Shown here piece after piece: positions 25,741 to 35,481 of a stretch of DNA of 56,745 nucleotides. The translations under genes were made by a program, and so were the position numbers. The notes below the pieces were generated by a model, which was not told the origin of the DNA, searched no databases, and saw only the letters and a list, made by a program, of their open reading frames with translations. Source of the DNA: a virus (lineage: Duplodnaviria; Caudoviricetes); IMG/VR virus record IMGVR_UViG_3300010400_000008, positions 1 through 56,745 of that record. One strand, 5' to 3'. The stretch's first letter is position 1; every line of letters begins with the position of its first letter.

Positions 25741-28721
25741 CCCGCCACCTCCATCGCTTCCGCCAGCCGCGCCTGCGCGTCGCCGATCCGCCGCGCCAGA
25801 TCCTCGTAGGCGTCGGTCGGGATCGTCGTGTCGTCGGCGAGAAGGTCGAGCCGGCGCCGGCAGTCGGCCAGCAGGCTGCGCGGGGTTATGCCAGTGTGGC
25901 CCCGCGCGACCTGGCCCTCGGCGGTGTCCAGCATCGAGGCGATCGCCGCCAGCGGGTCGGCCTCCAGCTCCGCCAGCGTCGGCGGTAGGCCGTGCTCGCT
26001 CAGCTCGGCCGGCATGGGCGCGTAGGGGGCTGGCGTCGCCGCCAGGAGCACGGCCACATGCTGCGCCGCCTGCTGCATCTCGTCATAGCGAAACATCGTG
26101 CTGGCCGGCGCCCGCTGAAGCGTGGCCGACATCTGGCCCAGCCAGGCCGCCGCCGCCTCGCGCGGCGTGGGCGTGCCGCTCGCGAAGCGCCGCAAGGTCA
26201 TCGCCAACGAGTGGTACATGGCGAGCGCCTCGTCGTAGGTGTAGTTGCCCGTTGTGCCGTCCGCCCAGACGATGTAGTGCCATACCCCGTCATCGTTGAC
26301 GATCGGCGTGTGGTACTGCGCGCCCAGCTGCTCGCGCAGGTCGTGCTCCTCTTCTCGCGCCGCGCAGGCCCGACAGCGATCGGCTAATGTCCCGCCGATG
26401 TTGTGGCGACCCACGCTCAGGTTGCCGCACGCGCACACCGGCGCCGCGCGCGCCGCATCCAGCCCGGCGAGATAGCCCAGCTCGTTCAGTGACATGTCGC
26501 CCGGCAGGATCTCTCCATCGCGCAGCCAGTTCGCGCCGCTCCAGTCGTAGCCCGCCAGCCACAGCGCGTCGATCAGGTCGTCGGGCGCATCGGGTAGGTC
26601 ATCTTCGTAGAGCCGCGCGCGCCAGGCGAGCAGCGCCAGGTGGGCGAGGTCAGACGCCGCGATCGCCTCGAACTCGTCATGGATCGCCGTGTAGGCGTGG
26701 AGGCCCGCCGGGCAGTCCGGGACGTAGATCACGCGCCAGGCGTGGTCAGTCAGCTCAGCCAGCGGGCGCGCCAGCTGTGTGGCCTCTGCAATCAGCGCGG
26801 CCGGGTCGTCGCCGCTGAGGGCCAGGCCGCAGGCGTGGCGCATGCCGATCGTGGTGTCGCCGTCGTTCCGCCAGATGGTCCAGCCGGCGGGGGCCGTGGG
26901 CAGGGCGGGCGCAATCGGGGCGGCCGGCTGCTCGATCGCCTCCAGCCGGCTCAGCACACCGTGCCAGGTGGCATTGCCGATACCGGGATGCGGCGCGGGC
27001 GGGTACATGGCGTAGCGATCGTCGGGATAGAAGCCGGGCTTGGTTACGCGCCAGCCGAGTGCTTGGAAGCGCGCCAGCACGGCATCAAAATCGGGCGGGA
27101 TGTCGCACGGCCAATCCCCGACCCCGGCGCGTGGTTGAGTCGTTGCCGCCGGCGGTCCATCCTCGCTCGCGCTGACCGCCGCTGCCAGCTCGTCGGGTGT
27201 GGCATCGGGCCGCTCGACGGCGAGTGCCGCCAGCGCGATCACGCCGGCGGCATCGGTGGCGTAGGCGTCGGCGCCCTTGGCCAGCCGGTACTCGGCGCCG
27301 GCGCGGCGTATCGTCCAGCCGCATGCCTCCAGTTGCCGCTCGGCTGCGACGGTGAGCCGGTGGGCAGCGGCGGCCGGCGCCCGCTGCTGTAGCTCCGCAT
27401 GGGTCTGCTCCTGCTTGTGCAACTCGATGCACAGCGACATCCAGCTGGCGACGTTTGCGACGCCGTTCAGGCCAGCATCGAGCAGGCTGTAGCCCTTCTC
27501 ATCCCGGCTGAGTGTCAGCCCGATCGCCTGCGCCCGTGCCTGCGCAGCGGCGTACTCGGCCGGCGTCGGCGCGTTTTTCGCGTTGCTTCGATCGCGGGCC
27601 TGCGCCTCGCTCTGCGCCGTCATCGTGGCGCTGGCGCAACGCGGGCAGAGCAGCTTGCCATCGATCTGCATCGAGCCTGGGGCGCCGTAGGGAGCGCCGC
27701 AGCCGCCTTCGCAGGAACGCGCCGGCGGCTCTATCGGCGGCACGCCGGGCAGGATTTTAATCCGCTGGTCGGTGATGACCAGTTCCTCGTTGCGATACCG
27801 CGCGAGGGTGCCAGGGCCGTTGCGCCCGTGCTTGGTCCAGGCCGCCACCTGACCAGGGTAGGCCGCACGCGACACCACCGCGCAGCCCTCAGCCGAGAGA
27901 AATGCCCCCGCCTTCGATAGCGAGGCGATACAGGCCCAGCGGCGGCCCGCGTAGTCGAACATGATAATCTTGCCCGTCTCGCTGTAGCTCATGGCCACAT
28001 TCTGCGCCGCAGCCCGATTGAGCAGGGAGGTGTCATGCACGATCAGCGGGTTCGGGATGGCAGTAGGGGCGGGGAATCCATCGGCGTGATTGACTGCGCC
28101 ACGCGCCTGATTCGCCGCCGCAATGCCGCTGGTGTCCATCGTGCGCCCATCGGCGGTCTTGCGCGCACTGGACGCGCGTCCAGTGCTCAGCCCGTGGCGC
28201 TCGGCGATCAACGCCACAAACACGTGGCTGACCTTGCAGCGCCGCGCGATCTCGCGGTCACTCCACTGCCCCCACTCCTCGTCTTGTAGTAGCACCAGCA
28301 CCGCGCGCTCCTTGTCGGCCCTGGTGCGCCTCAGGCCGTGATCGGCATTGGCGCCGGCGGCGTAGAGTACCGCGTCGCGCCGCGTGCCCTGGCGCACCTC
28401 GGCCCGGATCGCCGTTGGCGGCGCGGGGCGCTCCAGGGCTTGGAGCTGCGTGTAGGCCTCGAGACGGTGGAAGCCATCGGCCAGCCAGTAGGCCGATCCA
28501 TCGTGAAAGACCACGATCGGCGGGATGCGCTCCAGGCCGTTCTGGACGGAACACAGCTCGCGCATCGCCTCGACATACTCCGCAACGGCCGCCGGGTCGA
28601 GCCCGGCGCGGGCCTGCGTGCCGCCATCGATGCGGATGTGCTCCGGGCGGATAGCGGTGATCAGGGTGGCGGCCGGCGGGTCGGTGGTGGCAACGGCAGG
28701 TTCGATTAAGTCAGTGGTCAT
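25737..28721 (-). CDS. Large ParB-like N-terminal domain protein with HTH and long modular tail
   Basis: IRIDGGTQAR, PPIVVF..YWLADGFHRLEA, NADHGLRRT, WSDREIARRCKVSH. Confidence 0.8.
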   Translation of the reverse strand: MTTDLIEPAVATTDPPAATLITAIRPEHIRIDGGTQARAGLDPAAVAEYVEAMRELCSVQNGLERIPPIVVFHDGSAYWLADGFHRLEAYTQLQALERPAPPTAIRAEVRQGTRRDAVLYAAGANADHGLRRTRADKERAVLVLLQDEEWGQWSDREIARRCKVSHVFVALIAERHGLSTGRASSARKTADGRTMDTSGIAAANQARGAVNHADGFPAPTAIPNPLIVHDTSLLNRAAAQNVAMSYSETGKIIMFDYAGRRWACIASLSKAGAFLSAEGCAVVSRAAYPGQVAAWTKHGRNGPGTLARYRNEELVITDQRIKILPGVPPIEPPARSCEGGCGAPYGAPGSMQIDGKLLCPRCASATMTAQSEAQARDRSNAKNAPTPAEYAAAQARAQAIGLTLSRDEKGYSLLDAGLNGVANVASWMSLCIELHKQEQTHAELQQRAPAAAAHRLTVAAERQLEACGWTIRRAGAEYRLAKGADAYATDAAGVIALAALAVERPDATPDELAAAVSASEDGPPAATTQPRAGVGDWPCDIPPDFDAVLARFQALGWRVTKPGFYPDDRYAMYPPAPHPGIGNATWHGVLSRLEAIEQPAAPIAPALPTAPAGWTIWRNDGDTTIGMRHACGLALSGDDPAALIAEATQLARPLAELTDHAWRVIYVPDCPAGLHAYTAIHDEFEAIAASDLAHLALLAWRARLYEDDLPDAPDDLIDALWLAGYDWSGANWLRDGEILPGDMSLNELGYLAGLDAARAAPVCACGNLSVGRHNIGGTLADRCRACAAREEEHDLREQLGAQYHTPIVNDDGVWHYIVWADGTTGNYTYDEALAMYHSLAMTLRRFASGTPTPREAAAAWLGQMSATLQRAPASTMFRYDEMQQAAQHVAVLLAATPAPYAPMPAELSEHGLPPTLAELEADPLAAIASMLDTAEGQVARGHTGITPRSLLADCRRRLDLLADDTTIPTDAYEDLARRIGDAQARLAEAMEVAG
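28165..28186. repeat. 22-bp perfect palindrome (family B, copy 1) inside the ParB-like gene
   Basis: GCACTGGACGCGCGTCCAGTGC. Confidence 0.85.
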
Positions 28722-29560
28722 ACAAACCTCGTCTGGTGCTGGCCGGCTGCTGCGGCGTTCAGCCACAGCACCTCGGTGCGCGTATTGCCTTTCTCCGCTT
28801 GCGTTTCGATTTCGCGCGTCTGCCAGTGGCTGAGCCGCGCGGCGTACAGGTCATTGTGGTAGCCCGAGAGCAGCACCGGGCCGGGATGGGCATCCAGTGC
28901 GTCGCATAGGGCCAGGTGATCGGCGTCGGTCATCTCGTGGCGATAGAGCTTCTTCCGGTGGCCGTGGTCGGTGTGGCGCACGTAGGGCGGGTCGGCGTAG
29001 ATCAGCGTCTCTTTGGTTGCGTACCGACCGATCACGGTGAGCGCGGGCAGACACTCGATCTCGGCGTCTTTGAGGAGCGCTGCGGCAATGGCCAGGCGTT
29101 CGGGAAGATCTGCCCAGGTCTCGTAGGTGTCGGCCAGCTGGCGCGCCGTCGCTTTATGGCTTTTGTGGCGCCAGCCATTGCGCGTGCAGATCGTCGTCCC
29201 GTGCGCCTGCCAGGTGGCGACCAGGAAGCGGCGCGCGTCTTCAACGAGGTCGCCACTCTCGACGATCGCGCCCGCCGGGCCGCTCACCGCCAGGTACTCG
29301 GCACGTGACCAGGGCGTGAACGCAACGGCGCGAATGAGATCTGTCTGGCGCTCCCGCAGCGCGCGAAAAAACAAATTGATATAGCAGTCGCGATCGTTCA
29401 GCACCAGGTGGCGCGGCCGATACCACAGATTAAGCGCGAACGCGCCCGAGCCGCAGTACGCATCGACGACCCGCATGCACTGTGGCACGTGGGATTGCAG
29501 CCAGTCGGCCAGGCGCCACTTCGCACCGGGATACTTCAGGATGGCGTCAACAGTGCTCAT
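28718..29560 (-). CDS. DNA adenine methyltransferase (Dam/D12 class)
   Basis: KYPGAKW, DAYCGSGA, YADPPY motifs. Confidence 0.9.
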   Translation of the reverse strand: MSTVDAILKYPGAKWRLADWLQSHVPQCMRVVDAYCGSGAFALNLWYRPRHLVLNDRDCYINLFFRALRERQTDLIRAVAFTPWSRAEYLAVSGPAGAIVESGDLVEDARRFLVATWQAHGTTICTRNGWRHKSHKATARQLADTYETWADLPERLAIAAALLKDAEIECLPALTVIGRYATKETLIYADPPYVRHTDHGHRKKLYRHEMTDADHLALCDALDAHPGPVLLSGYHNDLYAARLSHWQTREIETQAEKGNTRTEVLWLNAAAAGQHQTRFV

Positions 29561-29871
29561 AGCTCCAGCTCCAGTTGCCCGCTGTCGACGCGCTTCCGCC
29601 GGCGGGTCGCGGCGGCGTGCGTGGCATGCATTGCGGCGTCGTAGCGCAGGTGGCAAGCGCTGCACCAGCCGCGCAGGTTCTCCCGCCGGCAGTCGGCCGG
29701 GTCGTGATTGAGGTGGGCCACGCTCATCGTGCGCTTGTGTGTGTCGAAGGGCTCGTCGGGCGCGCGGCACTGCATGCCGCAGCTCTGGCAGATCCAGTTG
29801 GCCGCGACCTTGACCGCCAGCGCGATGGCGTCCCAGTCGGGCGGGTAGGCGGCTTTATCCTTGACCGGCAT
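29557..29871 (-). CDS. HNH endonuclease-like protein
   Basis: YPPDW..CQSCG..VAHLNHDPADCRRENLRGWCSACH. Confidence 0.8.
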   Translation of the reverse strand: MPVKDKAAYPPDWDAIALAVKVAANWICQSCGMQCRAPDEPFDTHKRTMSVAHLNHDPADCRRENLRGWCSACHLRYDAAMHATHAAATRRRKRVDSGQLELEL

Positions 29872-30103
29872 CGGTCGATCCCTCCTCAAACAGGGGCAGT
29901 TCGGCCGCGCCCGCCAAGCGCGCCTTGGTCGCCTCTGAGATAGCCTCGCTGTACCCACAGTCGCCACAGACGAAGCGCCGCCGGCGCACGGTCAGCACCC
30001 CACAACACCGCCCACACGGCCAGGCCGCGCGGAGCAGCGGACTGATCGCGAGCGGCAGCTGCGCCTGGATGTAGCGGCGCGCACGATCGTCAGCGTCGGG
30101 CAT
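29855..30103 (-). CDS. Small Zn-ribbon protein
   Basis: CGRCCG..VCGDCGY; GGAGG RBS. Confidence 0.5.
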   Translation of the reverse strand: MPDADDRARRYIQAQLPLAISPLLRAAWPCGRCCGVLTVRRRRFVCGDCGYSEAISEATKARLAGAAELPLFEEGSTDAGQG

Positions 30104-30311
30104 CCCAATCCTCCTGCTGCCGCTTGAGCCAGTCCGGCGCGGCCTGATCGTCGTTCCGTGGCGCGTTGCGGATGGCTGCGTGGCGCTCCCGGCACACATC
30201 CAGGAAGCCCGCGTGGAGGTCGGCGGCGGCGGCAGCGCCGTAGCGCCGCGCGATCTCGTCCCACAGCCACGCGAACGGATTCGGGCGGCCGGGTGGTGCG
30301 GTGTCAGGCAT
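30090..30311 (-). CDS. Hypothetical protein
   Basis: 73 aa in a coupled operon. Confidence 0.5.
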   Translation of the reverse strand: MPDTAPPGRPNPFAWLWDEIARRYGAAAAADLHAGFLDVCRERHAAIRNAPRNDDQAAPDWLKRQQEDWDARR

Positions 30312-30320
30312 GGCATCCCC

Positions 30321-30707
30321 CTACGCCGCCTGGGGCGTGGCCACGCCCCACAGCGAGAGCGAGAGCCGCAGCTGCGGCGTGATGGCCAGCGGCTGCCGCG
30401 TGGGCGCGGCCGGCGGGGCGGGCGTGTGGCCGACCGCCGCCTGAAGCGCCCGGAGGCGAGCGGCAAAGGCCGGATCGTCTCTGGCCAGGCGCCCACAGCG
30501 CTCGGTGTAATAACACACCGTCGTGTGGTCGCGTCCTAAGAGCAGGCCGATCTCGACCACGGTGTAGCCGTGGTCGCGCAAGATCGCCGTGATGGCGATG
30601 CGCGCCTGGGTGATACGGGCCCGGCGCCCGCGCCCGCTGCGCAGGTCGGCGACGGGCACGGCGAACAGCGCTGCGGCGGCGGTGATGACGGTGGCGGGGT
30701 CGATCAT
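30321..30707 (-). CDS. DnaA domain IV-like HTH protein
   Basis: ITQARIAI..EIGLLLGRDHTTV signature. Confidence 0.75.
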   Translation of the reverse strand: MIDPATVITAAAALFAVPVADLRSGRGRRARITQARIAITAILRDHGYTVVEIGLLLGRDHTTVCYYTERCGRLARDDPAFAARLRALQAAVGHTPAPPAAPTRQPLAITPQLRLSLSLWGVATPQAA

Positions 30708-31624
30708 GTCACCACCTCGTCGCGGTCCCAGGGGTCGAGCTCGTGGGCGATCGGCCGCACATCGGCGCCGCCCATCTCGACCAGGTGAAAGCGCCCATCG
30801 CGGATGCGGCTGGCCAGGAAGCTGGGGATGCGCGCCGCGCCATCCAGGTTGTAGCCGATGATCGTGCCGTACTGCGCCCGGCCCTGGTAGCGCGCCAGGA
30901 AGATGGCGTTCAGCACATCATCGACGAACGGGCTATCGCGGATCTTGTCCAGCTCATCGACCGCCAGGATCGGCGCTGCAATCAGGCGCCGCAGCCGCTC
31001 GCCATATAGCTCGGTGCCGATCGCGTCCCTGAGTTCGTTGAGCAGCTCGGGCATCATCACGTAGCGGCCGTAGATGCCCCGATCGGCCAGGTGGTTGAGC
31101 GCGGCGTAGATCAGCATCGTTTTGCCCACGCCATAGCCGCCGGCCAGGGTCAGCCAGCCGCGCGGCTGCACGATAAAGGCCCGAATCTTGGTACGGGCGG
31201 CGTCCTGCTCCGGCACGCGGCGGATGCGGCCGTTGGTCAAGCGCACGTCGTCGGCCTCCTCGGGCAGATTGCGCCATTTCTTCGCGCGCGCCTGGCCCGC
31301 CGCACAGGCGCAGGGGATGAGCGCCGGCGCATCGTCGCCATCGCCAAAGGTGTCCAGGATGACTAACCTATCGGCGCGCGCGGTGGCCTGCCGCTCCAGC
31401 AGGGTGCCGTGGCCGCTACACCGGCAGGTCGTCGTCGTCAAGCGGGCCGGCGGCTTCGATCTGGGCGAGCAGGGCGTCGTAGTCGACCGGGGCGGCGCTG
31501 CTGGCAGCTCGCGGCGGCCGATCATATCCACGACCACGTCGCCCATCGCCACCATGGGGGCGCTTGGGGGGTCGCTGATCATCAGCAGGTCGCTCGGGGC
31601 GATCCGCAGTATCTTGTTGTTCAT
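30704..31624 (-). CDS. DnaC/IstB-like AAA+ helicase loader (start uncertain)
   Basis: Walker A GGYGVGKT, Walker B LAVDEL, upstream Cys motifs; follows Rep. Confidence 0.8.
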   Translation of the reverse strand: MNNKILRIAPSDLLMISDPPSAPMVAMGDVVVDMIGRRELPAAPPRSTTTPCSPRSKPPARLTTTTCRCSGHGTLLERQATARADRLVILDTFGDGDDAPALIPCACAAGQARAKKWRNLPEEADDVRLTNGRIRRVPEQDAARTKIRAFIVQPRGWLTLAGGYGVGKTMLIYAALNHLADRGIYGRYVMMPELLNELRDAIGTELYGERLRRLIAAPILAVDELDKIRDSPFVDDVLNAIFLARYQGRAQYGTIIGYNLDGAARIPSFLASRIRDGRFHLVEMGGADVRPIAHELDPWDRDEVVT

Positions 31625-32576
31625 GGCTTTGTCGTGCCTTTCTTCGTTCATAGGCCGGGGTGTCGCTGCCATAGCTGGCCGTGTCGCGCCAGCGATCGAG
31701 CGTCGATCGGATCGCCTTGACCGATCGGATGTCGCGCGAGATCGCCACCGCCAGAATCGCGCGGCCGACCCAGTAGAGGCCGTGGCCGCCGGTCGATTCG
31801 TTGTGTGCCAGCGCCATGGCGGCCAGCTGGCGCAGATCGAGCGGTCGCGGGTGCGGGCAGGCGTCGCGCCAGAGGTCGACCGGGTGCGCGGGCAGCGGCA
31901 GCTCCCCCTCGGGTGGCGGGGGCGGCGGAGCCGTGTTTGGTGGCAGGAGCTCCAGGGCCGCCTGCTGTTTTTTCGCGCGCGCGCGATCTCCTTCCTTCCT
32001 TCCTTCCTTCCTTCCTTCCAACGTGATCGATCGATCACGGTCGCCGTGATCCTTTGATAACGGTTGCCGTGATCGATCGATCACGGTGTCTGTGATCGAT
32101 CGATCACGGTCGCCGTGATCCTTTGATAACGGTTGCCGTGATCGATCGATCACGGTGAGATCCATCTCGGTTTGCAGTTCATGGCGTCCCGATGGCTTGC
32201 GCAAATTGCGTGTGCCGAGCTTGGCGAGATGCACCTGCGCGTCGCGATTCGAGGCGTCTAAAATCGATTCCCACGGGATTCGGTAGATCGGACGGTCAAA
32301 CTTGCCACCTTTGACCTCCTCGTACCCGACGATCTCGAGGAGATTCAGGGCGACCAGGTCGGTCAGCCAGCCCGTGACTCGGGGGTAGGCGCTGGTCCCC
32401 ATCTCGTCGGCGATCTCGCGGCTGCCGAACGCCGTGCGCTCGGTCAGGTCCATCAGTGCGCGGATCGCCAGCCAGCAGGCCAGCTGGTGCGGCGTGCAGC
32501 GCTTGCGCACCACGAACGGCACGCCGGTTTCGACCGCACGGTCCAGAATGTCACGGAGCATGCCGTGTGTTTTCAT
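31416..32576 (-). CDS. Replication initiator protein with internal origin
   Basis: N-terminal wHTH-like segment, central iteron-encoded repeats, upstream of the DnaC-like gene (lambda O/P-like layout). Confidence 0.7.
   Translation of the reverse strand: MKTHGMLRDILDRAVETGVPFVVRKRCTPHQLACWLAIRALMDLTERTAFGSREIADEMGTSAYPRVTGWLTDLVALNLLEIVGYEEVKGGKFDRPIYRIPWESILDASNRDAQVHLAKLGTRNLRKPSGRHELQTEMDLTVIDRSRQPLSKDHGDRDRSITDTVIDRSRQPLSKDHGDRDRSITLEGRKEGRKEGDRARAKKQQAALELLPPNTAPPPPPPEGELPLPAHPVDLWRDACPHPRPLDLRQLAAMALAHNESTGGHGLYWVGRAILAVAISRDIRSVKAIRSTLDRWRDTASYGSDTPAYERRKARQSHEQQDTADRPERPADDQRPPKRPHGGDGRRGRGYDRPPRAASSAAPVDYDALLAQIEAAGPLDDDDLPV
31989..32019. repeat. (TTCC)7 simple sequence repeat
   Basis: TCC(TTCC)7 adjacent to the iterons. 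Confidence 0.95.
32023..32156. repeat. Six 23-bp-period iterons, putative replication origin
   Basis: GTGATCGATCGATCAC at 32023, 32069, 32092, 32138; variant GTGATCCTTTGATAAC at 32046, 32115. Confidence 0.85.
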
Positions 32577-32736
32577 AGGCGTCTCTCGGCTAGGCGCGGT
32601 CCTCGTGTGACAGCTTCTGCCACACAGGGGTGGTATACTACGGGTCCGCGTAGTCGCAGCCCGCATCTCGTAGCCAACGCGTTTTCCCAATCACCGCCAG
32701 GGCGAAGCGGTCGAGGCGCGCCCTGGCGGTGGTGAT

Positions 32737-33009
32737 TCAGTGCCGCGATCCTGGCGGCTCGATGGTGAGATCCCCGGCATCGTAGATGACCTCCAGCCCA
32801 GCAAGCGACCGACCCGCCTCGGTGGGTGTCGGCGCGCCAGCCCAGCGCGGGATGAAGGGGTCGAGCTGGACTAAGACACCAGCCGGGCTGCCCCCGGCAG
32901 CGCCGGGGCGGGTATCGCCCGGCAACCGCGCTACCGGCAGTGCCACGGCCAGCACCTGGCCGGCTTTGCCACTCCACACGCATCGCACCCGATCGCCCGC
33001 GCTCAGCAT
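32737..33009 (-). CDS. Hypothetical protein (SH3/KOW-like start)
   Basis: GDRVRCVWSGKAGQVLAV; GAGGAG RBS. Confidence 0.55.
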   Translation of the reverse strand: MLSAGDRVRCVWSGKAGQVLAVALPVARLPGDTRPGAAGGSPAGVLVQLDPFIPRWAGAPTPTEAGRSLAGLEVIYDAGDLTIEPPGSRH

Positions 33010-33221
33010 GGTCGTTCTCCTCGCGCCCAGGCGCGCCGCGCCGCGTCGAGCAATCGCGCCAGATCGGCAGCGGCGACCGTGCGGTGTGTTACGGCGACCC
33101 CATGCCGGCGCTGCCAGGCCGCGACCGGGCAGCGGTACTGATGCCCGCCGTCGTCGGCGTCGAGACCGTCGCAGATGCAGCGCGCGACCAGCTCATCAGC
33201 GGTCAGCACCGGGCGGCTCAT
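33003..33221 (-). CDS. Small Cys-containing protein
   Basis: GAGG RBS, ATGA overlap. Confidence 0.5.
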   Translation of the reverse strand: MSRPVLTADELVARCICDGLDADDGGHQYRCPVAAWQRRHGVAVTHRTVAAADLARLLDAARRAWARGERPC

Positions 33222-33478
33222 GGCGCCACCTCGGCATCCTCCAGCGGATACATATGCACCTGCGGCGCGGCGGCGTCGAAGTCGGGATGCTGCCCACGCA
33301 CGCGCATGGACGAGTCGCACCAGTAGCACGTCGTCGAGACGCCAATGCCGAAGTCGAGCGGCGCATGCACGCTGAGATACTGCCGGCCGTTGGTCGGACA
33401 GGTAAATACGGTGTCGGCGTAGTCGCCGTCTGGACGCCGCGCGACCGTGGCGGTCGCAGCGCAGGCTAGATTTGCCAT
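33218..33478 (-). CDS. Small Zn-binding protein, first gene of the leftward operon
   Basis: CPTNG..CYWCD; GGGGAG RBS. Confidence 0.55.
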   Translation of the reverse strand: MANLACAATATVARRPDGDYADTVFTCPTNGRQYLSVHAPLDFGIGVSTTCYWCDSSMRVRGQHPDFDAAAPQVHMYPLEDAEVAP

Positions 33479-33830
33479 TTCATCGGTTCTCCCCTAGAAT
33501 AGGCGTGCGCCGGCGCAGTCTGGTCTTCCCCGCCGACGCATACCAAGGATTTCCGGTTCAATCGAGTTGCCCAGAGTAGCAGCCGAGCGGCGTTCACGCC
33601 GCTGCTCGGCTGTGTTCGTGGTGCGCGGCGTTCCTTGCCACGGCGACGCCGCGCACCCAGGTTCTTACCGTGCCCTGCCCCGGCCGGCGGACCGGGACCA
33701 ATCGCTGCATACGTATAGGCGCCTCCTTGCTCGTGGGCCGGGTCGCTCCCTGCGGCGGCCCGCGCGGCTGGGCTGTGCCCGGATTGCACAGCACAATCGC
33801 CCGTGTCGCCGTGTTAGCGAGGAGATTACG

Positions 33831-34832
33831 GTGGATTACTACACAGGAGAGGTGTTCAAAGTCTCAACAATTCCTGGAGCTGATCGCGGGGCCGTTCACA
33901 TCCATGCAGCTGATGCAATGCAGCATCAGCAGACGACGAGGATGCCGTTGATGGATGTGGCCACGCTCCTGCCCCTCTGGCGCGCCGCGCTTGCCGCCGA
34001 CCACGCCGAGCGCACGGTGCGCTCCTACACCGACCATGTCATGGACTTCGTGCGCGGGCTCGGCCCGGCACCGACGATCGCCCAGATCACCCCGCCAGCG
34101 ATCGAGGCGTTTAAGACGCGGCTCGCACGCCGCTGTGTGCCCAGGACGATCGGGCTCGCGCTGACCGCCGTGCGCTCCTTCGTGCGCTGGCAGATTGCCA
34201 GTGAGCTGCGCGTCGACGACCCCACGCTCAAAGTGACCTTCCCCCGCCCCGGCAAATCACTGCCGCGCGCGCTCTCCGATGAGCAGGTGCGCGAGCTGAT
34301 GGGTGCGATCGCCCTGCCGGATGGGCTGCACCCCGCGCCGGCCTACCAGTGGCGGCGCAACCGGCTGGCGATCCTGCTCATGCTCTATGCGGGGCTCCGG
34401 ATCTCCGAGGCGGCGGATCTGCGCTGTCGTGATGTGTTCCTCGACCAGCGCAAGATCATCATTCGGGAGGCCAAGGGCGGCAAGGACCGCACGGTGCCGA
34501 TCCACGCTGTCCCCCTGGGGGAACTGCGACTCGCACTGGTCGATCGCCGGCCGAGTGACGCCGTCTGTGGCCACCCGACCGGCGATCCGCTGGCTAGGAA
34601 AAGTTTCCATCACGTGTTCGAGCGCTGGGTGCCGCGCCTGAACCTCTCATTCCACTTCACGCCGCACCAGCTGCGGCACACCTGCCTGACCAAGCTGATC
34701 GACACCGGCGCCAATGTGTTCGAGGCCCAGGAGATCGCCGGGCACGAAAGCCCCGAGACGACTCGGATTTACTACCGCCTCAGTGCCGAGCATCTCCGCG
34801 CGGCCATCGACCGGCTGCCAGTCACTTGGTAG
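33831..34832 (+). CDS. Tyrosine recombinase 1 (XerC/D-like integrase); alternative start 33951
   Basis: GLRISE, KGGK, HQLRH, GHES, TRIYY catalytic residues intact. Confidence 0.92.
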   Translation: MDYYTGEVFKVSTIPGADRGAVHIHAADAMQHQQTTRMPLMDVATLLPLWRAALAADHAERTVRSYTDHVMDFVRGLGPAPTIAQITPPAIEAFKTRLARRCVPRTIGLALTAVRSFVRWQIASELRVDDPTLKVTFPRPGKSLPRALSDEQVRELMGAIALPDGLHPAPAYQWRRNRLAILLMLYAGLRISEAADLRCRDVFLDQRKIIIREAKGGKDRTVPIHAVPLGELRLALVDRRPSDAVCGHPTGDPLARKSFHHVFERWVPRLNLSFHFTPHQLRHTCLTKLIDTGANVFEAQEIAGHESPETTRIYYRLSAEHLRAAIDRLPVTW

Positions 34833-35481
34833 CGGATTGACGGACCAGGCGTGCCTGTCGGAGCTTTTCGAGGTGTTCTGGTGTTTTTGGGATGCCTCGC
34901 ATGCTCTGACAGGCCCGCTCGCGAAACGCCGGATCGGCCCAGCGCGCTTTTGCTGCGGCACGCAGTCGGGCGCGTTGCTCGGCTGTCACCGCGACGCGGA
35001 TGCGTTTTTCGGGATGTGTGTGCGTCCCATTGCGCATCCCCGTTGCTGCGCTATTGCAGCGCAGCACCTCAAGTTCCTCGCGAGTGACCAGATCCATGTG
35101 ATAGAAGTTGACGCATCGTCGTTCCTTGCAGCGCATGGTCACGAACATTCCATCCGGGATCGGCCCCATTCTTAAGGAGTAGACGATGCGGTGTACTTGG
35201 GAGGAGCCGGTAAGCGATCCGTCACCATAGCTCGGATAGCCCTTGGTGTGACAGCTTCCGTTCCAGAGCACACATCCTCCCTGTGTGGTCGTGTGTGCTC
35301 GAAGGTATTTCCAGAAACGATCGATTCGATCTGTGTATTTTCGGTTTTGGCGGCTGAGGCATGCTTTGCAATGCGATCGCAGCTTGCCGGGCCGATCACT
35401 GCGTTCGTAAAACTCCGATGGATTCTTTGCCCATCCACACCGGGCGCATACCGCCAGCCCGGTGATTGGAGACGGCTTCAT
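34822..35481 (-). CDS. HNH homing endonuclease-like protein
   Basis: N-terminal CARC..CKAC, CVLWNG..VHRIVY..CVNFYH core, basic NUMOD-like tail; AGGAGG RBS. Confidence 0.75.
   Translation of the reverse strand: MKPSPITGLAVCARCGWAKNPSEFYERSDRPGKLRSHCKACLSRQNRKYTDRIDRFWKYLRAHTTTQGGCVLWNGSCHTKGYPSYGDGSLTGSSQVHRIVYSLRMGPIPDGMFVTMRCKERRCVNFYHMDLVTREELEVLRCNSAATGMRNGTHTHPEKRIRVAVTAEQRARLRAAAKARWADPAFRERACQSMRGIPKTPEHLEKLRQARLVRQSATK

Noticed and set aside
32023-32156. Regularly spaced palindromic repeats as a mini CRISPR array
   Set aside because: The 23-bp period leaves only 7-bp, repeated spacers; it sits inside rep and there are no cas genes
34826-34836. TGGTAGCGG at the recombinase 1 stop, reverse complement of a tRNA-fMet-like 3' end
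   Set aside because: Too short and with no adjacent T-arm
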